DNA of 64,000 bases from Thermovirgaceae bacterium (lineage in GTDB: Bacteria; Synergistota; Synergistia; Synergistales; Thermovirgaceae), in the NCBI GenBank assembly GCA_040767805.1, contig JAXGNU010000003.1:32001-96000 (forward strand). Direction: 5' to 3'. The notes under the pieces were generated by a model, which made no database searches, was not told the origin of the DNA, and saw only the letters and a program-made list of their open reading frames with translations. Below, piece by piece: positions 59,111-64,000 of this stretch. Made by a program: the position numbers and the translations under genes. Position 1 is the stretch's first letter; the number at the start of each line of letters is the position of its first letter.

Positions 59111-60159
59111 CGATGCACCTCCTTGGCGCTTTCGCCGTTCTCCCCGTTTTCGCCCTTCCCGGCGATGGTCCCGAGAACACCCTCGAGGACCGAAATGGAC
59201 CTCTCGTAATCCATCCTCATAGGCCCAATGAGGCCGACCACGGCCTTCCGGCCGCCGGCTATCGTGGAGGCCATCAGGATGGAACAGTCGGGCATCTTCA
59301 GTTCGGGGTTCTCATCCCCTATGGTCACGCGGAGGCCCCTTTCGGTCGAACAGCTGCGGACCAGCATTCCGATGGACTCGTCCTCTTCGAGGAGGGCCAT
59401 GATGGTCTGCAGTCGGCCGAGATCGTTGAAATCGGGGAGTCCCAGGACATTATGGGTGCCCCCGGTGAAGAACTGAAAGGGCTGCTCCAGCAGCAAGCCG
59501 TCCATCTCCCTCAAAGCCGAGCGGCAACTCTCGGCGTACCTCTCCAGGGCATCTTCCACGTAAACCTGGAGCACCCCTCTTACCTCCCCCCAGGACCTTC
59601 CGACGGCCACGGTGGAGACACGCCGGGATAGTTCATCGAGGGCCTCCTGGGTCATGTCGCAGGGCAGGGTGGATATTTTGTGGTGGATGAGCCCTCCCTT
59701 GAGCACTAGCAGTATCAGCACCGTGCCGTGTCCCATGCGGAGAAATTCCACCCTCTCCAGGACCGGTTCCCGCGCGGGTCCCAGGGCGGCTACGCCGATA
59801 TAGCTGGTGATCCTTCCCAGGAGCCTGGTGGCGTAGATGAGGGCTTCCTCCACGTCCTTTCTTCGTTCCCGGAGTTCCTTGATCCACCCTTCGCTCTCGG
59901 GGGGGAAGGACCTCTGGCGCCTCAAGATGGCGTCCACGTAGACACGGTACGCCTTGGGCGTAGGGATCCTTCCAGCGGAGGTGTGGGGTTGGTAAAGGTA
60001 CTCCGACTCCTCCAGGTCGGCCATCTCGTTCCTGATGGTCGCCGCGCTGCGGCCCTTCAGGTACTTCCTGGCGATGGTGCGCGACCCTACGGGTTCACCG
60101 GTCTTGATATATTCGTAAACCACCGCGAGGACCACTTCCAGTTGTCGTTCGCTAAGCAC
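59107..60159 (-). CDS. hrcA: Heat-inducible transcription repressor HrcA
   Basis: EPVGSR, SAATIRNEMADLE, PHTSAGRIPT, IGPMRMDY; GTG start. Confidence 0.96.
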   Translation of the reverse strand: MLSERQLEVVLAVVYEYIKTGEPVGSRTIARKYLKGRSAATIRNEMADLEESEYLYQPHTSAGRIPTPKAYRVYVDAILRRQRSFPPESEGWIKELRERRKDVEEALIYATRLLGRITSYIGVAALGPAREPVLERVEFLRMGHGTVLILLVLKGGLIHHKISTLPCDMTQEALDELSRRVSTVAVGRSWGEVRGVLQVYVEDALERYAESCRSALREMDGLLLEQPFQFFTGGTHNVLGLPDFNDLGRLQTIMALLEEDESIGMLVRSCSTERGLRVTIGDENPELKMPDCSILMASTIAGGRKAVVGLIGPMRMDYERSISVLEGVLGTIAGKGENGENGESAKEVHR

Positions 60160-60187
60160 TCCCGCAGCAACTCCCTGTCTTATACTA

Positions 60188-60214
60188 TTAGCACTCCCGC
60201 TCAAAGAGTGCTAA
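60188..60214. promoter_or_regulatory. CIRCE operator
   Basis: TTAGCACTC-CCGCTCAAA-GAGTGCTAA, perfect consensus. Confidence 0.97.
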
Positions 60215-60234
60215 AGGATATCCGTCCGAATGGT

Positions 60235-60263
60235 AGATTAGCAATGGTATCGTCTATTGTCAA
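60235..60263 (-). promoter_or_regulatory. hrcA operon promoter
   Basis: TTGACA-17-TAATCT with a TG extension, upstream of CIRCE. Confidence 0.75.
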
Positions 60264-60352
60264 CACTGGTCAGAAACATGGGGGACCCCAATTGCGCCCC
60301 TGTTAGCCTAGAATAGGCCTTGGTGAATCAACCTTTCCCCGGGGGGTCTCCT

Positions 60353-60997
60353 TTGACCGATAAAAAAACGACCACGGTGATACTGGTAAGGCATGGGGAA
60401 TGTGAGGGCAACAGGGAAGGCCTGTTCAGGGGAAGGACCGACTTCCCCCTCAACGAGACAGGGAGAGAGCAGGCCCGGGCCCTGGCGGAAGCGTTAAGGC
60501 CCATGACCCCTTCCGCCGTTTATTCGAGCCCGCTGGTCCGGGCGAAGGAGACGGCCAGGATAATCTCGGAACGATGCGGGGCCGACCTGGTCCTCAGGCA
60601 GGGCTTCATCAACATCGCCCTGGGCCGGTGGGAGAACAGGAAAAAGTCGGACATCCAGCAGGAATACCCGGAAGAATGGAGGCTCTGGCTCTCTCACCCC
60701 GAGAGGCTCCGCATGGCCGGCGGCGAGTCCCTCGCCGACGTAAGGAGACGTGCCTTCGCCAACCTGGACGTCCTCGTGAAGGAGCACGCCGGGGGGGTCT
60801 TCGCCATCGTCTCCCACCGGGCGGTGTTCAAACCGCTCCTTGCGGAGGTACTGGACATAGGTGACCCTTACTTCTGGAAGGTCCACCTCGACACGGCGTC
60901 CTTTTCGATCCTGAGACATGAAAAAGACAGGGGCTACTGCCTGACCTCGCTGAACCAGACTTACCACCTGGGCCGGTTCATCAGCGAGTGGGTCTGA
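60353..60997 (+). CDS. Histidine phosphatase (phosphoglycerate mutase family)
   Basis: VRHGE, SSPLVRAKET, GGES, VSH; start approximate. Confidence 0.9.
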   Translation: MTDKKTTTVILVRHGECEGNREGLFRGRTDFPLNETGREQARALAEALRPMTPSAVYSSPLVRAKETARIISERCGADLVLRQGFINIALGRWENRKKSDIQQEYPEEWRLWLSHPERLRMAGGESLADVRRRAFANLDVLVKEHAGGVFAIVSHRAVFKPLLAEVLDIGDPYFWKVHLDTASFSILRHEKDRGYCLTSLNQTYHLGRFISEWV

Positions 60998-61037
60998 TGA
61001 CAGAAGAGCACCTGCACTCGATGGGAGAGCTGAAAAA

Positions 61038-62252
61038 ATGTCGCTATACCGGATAGAAATCGAAAGCAGGAAGGACCTGGCCGACCTGGTCCGCGTCACC
61101 GGGGCCGACGAAAGGAGTTTATACTTTTTCGAGCGGAAAAGGAGGATGCTGGCCTTTTTCATCCCCGAGGTTGACTTCAGGGCGGCCAACGCTCTCAAGC
61201 AGGAACTACTTTCCCGGGGCGGTGACGCGATCGTCCACAGGGGCGCCATAGCGGCGTCGGTCCCCAGGTCCAGCGTGGTGATCCTGGGAACCCTCAAGAC
61301 CCTGGAAGACCTCTCGGTCAAGTTGAGATCGATGCCCTACTGGGGGCTGGACGTCGTTAAAGACCAACTCCTGCGGGCCCTCTCATCTCTCGGCGTTCAA
61401 CGATGGACCCTGAAGCTGCCTGGCCGGGACGACCTCGAGTTGGGTGGTCATACAAAGGTGATGGGCGCGATAAACATCACCACTGATTCTTTTTACCCCG
61501 GGAGCAGGGTCGAGGGGACCGGCGGCTGTGTCGAGGCAGCCCTTCGAATGCACGAGGAGGGCGCTGATATCATCGACATCGGGGCGGAGTCGACACGGCC
61601 CGGTTCGAGGCCGCTCAGCCAGGAGGAGGAAGCCCGCCGCCTGGTCCCGGCCATCGAGACGGTCAGGAGGGAGCTGCCGCAGGTTTTGATCTCCGCCGAT
61701 ACCTTCCGGTCGGAGACCGCCAGGGCCGCCCTTGATTCCGGGGCCGATATCATCAACGACATCTCGGGGGGGGCCTTTGACGGGGGAATGTTCCCCCTGC
61801 TGGCGAAAAGGGGGAACCCCATGATCATCATGCACGCCAGGGATGTACCCGGGGGGATGCACCACCCCGTGGTTTACGGGGATATAATCGGCGAGATAAT
61901 TTCATTCTTTTCCTGGAGGTTGGATGAGGCGGAAAAAGCAGGCCTGAGCCGGGACCAGGTGATACTGGACCCCGGCATGGGCTTTTCCAAGAACGCCGCC
62001 CAGAACCTGCAGATACTCAAGGGGGTGGTCTCCTTCACCACCCTGGGTCGGCCCCTTCTCGTGGGGCACTCCCGCAAGAGCACCATCGGTAAGGTCCTAG
62101 GCCTGGAAGACCCCGCCGACAGGATCGCCGGCACCCTCGCCCTTTCGGCCTACTGCGCCATGAAGGAGGTCCCGCTGGTAAGGGTGCATGACGTGGGGGA
62201 AAACAAGAGGGCCGTAAGGATAATCGAGGCCCTTAGAGAGGAAGGGTTCTGA
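61038..62252 (+). CDS. folP: Dihydropteroate synthase with an approximately 135-aa N-terminal extension
   Basis: NITTDSF, GAESTRPG, INDISG, LDPGMGF, SRKS, RVHDV. Confidence 0.94.
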   Translation: MSLYRIEIESRKDLADLVRVTGADERSLYFFERKRRMLAFFIPEVDFRAANALKQELLSRGGDAIVHRGAIAASVPRSSVVILGTLKTLEDLSVKLRSMPYWGLDVVKDQLLRALSSLGVQRWTLKLPGRDDLELGGHTKVMGAINITTDSFYPGSRVEGTGGCVEAALRMHEEGADIIDIGAESTRPGSRPLSQEEEARRLVPAIETVRRELPQVLISADTFRSETARAALDSGADIINDISGGAFDGGMFPLLAKRGNPMIIMHARDVPGGMHHPVVYGDIIGEIISFFSWRLDEAEKAGLSRDQVILDPGMGFSKNAAQNLQILKGVVSFTTLGRPLLVGHSRKSTIGKVLGLEDPADRIAGTLALSAYCAMKEVPLVRVHDVGENKRAVRIIEALREEGF

Positions 62253-62734
62253 TGCTCGCCGGAATCTCCCTCGGGAGCAACATGGGCGACAGGCTGGGTT
62301 CCCTCCGGCAGGCGTCGCAGATGATAAGGTGCATGGGTATAGTGATCCTGGCGGCCAGCGACGTTTTCGAGACACCTCCCTGGGGGGTACGGGAGCAACC
62401 CTGGTTTCTCAACGCCTGCCTCCTAGTGGATACCCTCGACTCGCCCAGGGAACTCCTTTCCAAATTGCAGGAGGTCGAGAACAGGCTGGGACGGGTTTCG
62501 CGATTCCGTTGGGGCCCGAGGGAGATCGACCTGGACCTCCTCTTCATGGACGGACTCACCATGAATGAAAAGGACTTGGTCTTGCCTCACCCGGAGATGC
62601 ACAACCGGTCCTTCGTCCTGGTGCCCCTCAACCAGGTGGCCCCCGGGTGGGTCCACCCGCTCCTGCACAGTAGTGTCAGCGAAATGGCCCGGCAGGTCCC
62701 GGGTGAAGACCTGCTCAGGATCACGGCCCTTTAG
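62252..62734 (+). CDS. folK: 6-hydroxymethyl-7,8-dihydropterin pyrophosphokinase
   Basis: LGSNMG, FLNA, WGPREIDLDLL, LPHP...R.FVLVPL. Confidence 0.95.
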   Translation: MLAGISLGSNMGDRLGSLRQASQMIRCMGIVILAASDVFETPPWGVREQPWFLNACLLVDTLDSPRELLSKLQEVENRLGRVSRFRWGPREIDLDLLFMDGLTMNEKDLVLPHPEMHNRSFVLVPLNQVAPGWVHPLLHSSVSEMARQVPGEDLLRITAL

Positions 62735-62756
62735 ACCCGGGACTTCCAGAGGAGTG

Positions 62757-63530
62757 ATGCTTTTGTCCTTCCGCAAACCGGGAAGCATACATCTTGTCAG
62801 GCTGGTGGCGGCCTCCCTCGCGCTGACCCTTTGCCTTTTGTTCTCTTCTTCACCGGCGGCCGCGCAGCACCTGAAAGTACTCTCCGTCCCGGGGCACCCC
62901 CTGAGCTTGGTCCTGGAGACCAGCGAAGGCGTGATCTCCTCGGCGCTCCTCCGCTCCCCCGCCGGGATACAGAAGATCCTCCCCCTCGAGGGTTTCGTCT
63001 ACGCCGGGGAGACCTTCGCCGAGCCCTACGCCGACGGCGATATCAGGAAGGACCTCCTCTGGACTATCACTTTTACGAGGCCCGGCGACCGCTCGAGGGG
63101 AATGTACCTCTGGATAGGGCTCACCACTCTCATTCCCAGGGCCTGGGTCATAATCAGCCCCCTGGGGCAGACCTACTGGGATACGATCCCGATGAAGGTC
63201 TACGCCCCCAGGGGTACGGCACTCTTCGTCTCGCCCAACCTGCCGGCCTACGGCGACCTGCCCCAGTTCGGCGGCAACAGGACCCTTACCTTCGTGTACA
63301 CCATCGCCCTTACCCCCGAGGGCCCGAACTTCCTTCCCGTGCCCGAGGTCTATCGCCAGCTTTATACCATCACGGCGACCATCAGGGACGCTGAACAGGT
63401 TCCCGAACGCCGGGAAGCCTACTCCAGGCTTCTCGAGGATTACGAGACCCTTGCGCGGGGAGGAAAGCCATCCACGGAAGTGATCCAGAACTTCACCTGG
63501 AAGCGCATTCTCTGCCTGGACTGGAGATGA
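62757..63530 (+). CDS. Hypothetical exported protein
   Basis: Signal peptide LVAASLALTLCLLFSSSPAAA; host-like codon usage; start approximate. Confidence 0.7.
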   Translation: MLLSFRKPGSIHLVRLVAASLALTLCLLFSSSPAAAQHLKVLSVPGHPLSLVLETSEGVISSALLRSPAGIQKILPLEGFVYAGETFAEPYADGDIRKDLLWTITFTRPGDRSRGMYLWIGLTTLIPRAWVIISPLGQTYWDTIPMKVYAPRGTALFVSPNLPAYGDLPQFGGNRTLTFVYTIALTPEGPNFLPVPEVYRQLYTITATIRDAEQVPERREAYSRLLEDYETLARGGKPSTEVIQNFTWKRILCLDWR

Positions 63531-63536
63531 AACCAA

Positions 63537-63559
63537 GGGGCGGGGATGTCCCCGCCCCG
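63537..63559. terminator. Hairpin between convergent genes
   Basis: GGGGCGGGGA-TG-TCCCCGCCCC. Confidence 0.6.
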
Positions 63560-63562
63560 GCG

Positions 63563-64000
63563 CTACCTGAACGAGGCCAGGAGGTCCTTGATCCTTTCCG
63601 GTCCGTAGACCCTCCGGTAAAGAGGGGTGTCATCCTCGTAGTAACAGCCCATGGAATCCTCGAAAGTGGGCCTTCCCTCGACCTTGTAAAGGACTCCCAG
63701 CGGGTAGGGCGGACCTTCCAGTGCCCGTTCCATGGCGGCCATCCTGTCCGTAGGGTCATGGTCGACCGGGAGGTCAAAGGTGTTCGCCTTGAACCACGCG
63801 TAGGTGTTGACCTTGTTGAAGGTCACGCAGGGCTGGAAGATGTCCACCAGGGCGTAACCCTTGTGAAGTATGGCCTCCTTCATGATCCCCACCGTCTGAT
63901 CGATGTTGGCCGAGTAGGCCCTCGCCACGAAGGAGGCCCCCAGGGCGACGGCGACGGCCACGGGGTTGAAGGGTTCGGAGAAGACCCCGTCCACCTGGAC
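63563..64000 (-). CDS. 2-oxoacid:ferredoxin oxidoreductase beta subunit (C-terminal part; starts outside the window)
   Basis: PFNPVAVA..GASFVAR, HKGYALVDIFQPCVTFN, LGVLY. Confidence 0.9.
   Translation of the reverse strand, partial: VQVDGVFSEPFNPVAVAVALGASFVARAYSANIDQTVGIMKEAILHKGYALVDIFQPCVTFNKVNTYAWFKANTFDLPVDHDPTDRMAAMERALEGPPYPLGVLYKVEGRPTFEDSMGCYYEDDTPLYRRVYGPERIKDLLASFR

Noticed and set aside
1..64000. CRISPR arrays, IS elements, prophage, tRNA/rRNA
   Set aside because: No spaced direct repeats, transposase or integrase ORFs, cloverleafs or rRNA signatures were seen; the intergenic spaces are short and accounted for.

Overview
GC-rich (roughly 60%) bacterial chromosomal window from an anaerobic amino-acid fermenter; gene content and order suggest Synergistota (inference). 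It is mostly housekeeping: hypCDE, mgtE, ymdB-rny-recX-recG, divIVA-yggS, folE2, type III glnA, dnaB-rplI, rpsF-ssb-rpsR, argS, secA, pgsA, a liv-type ABC transporter, nrdR, rpsU, mtaB-rsmE-prmA, hrcA-grpE-dnaK-dnaJ with a perfect CIRCE, and folP-folK. No mobile element, CRISPR array, tRNA or rRNA was recognised. Two regions stand out. (1) A selenium-dependent glycine reductase operon (grdX-trxA-grdE-grdA-grdB-grdC) whose leader carries a glycine riboswitch with an atypical second domain, and whose first gene grdX has an in-frame UGA followed by a SECIS-like hairpin: a candidate glycine-AND-selenium gate or new selenoprotein. (2) An operon divergent from a GntR regulator that encodes two SDRs, a GcvPA/GcvPB-like PLP enzyme with remodelled substrate-site motifs, and an AcoX-like kinase, with no T or H protein in the operon: a candidate uncharacterised amino-acid cleavage pathway. 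Clustered single-base indels in grdC, glnA and livG look like long-read consensus errors, so single-base claims need read-level checks.
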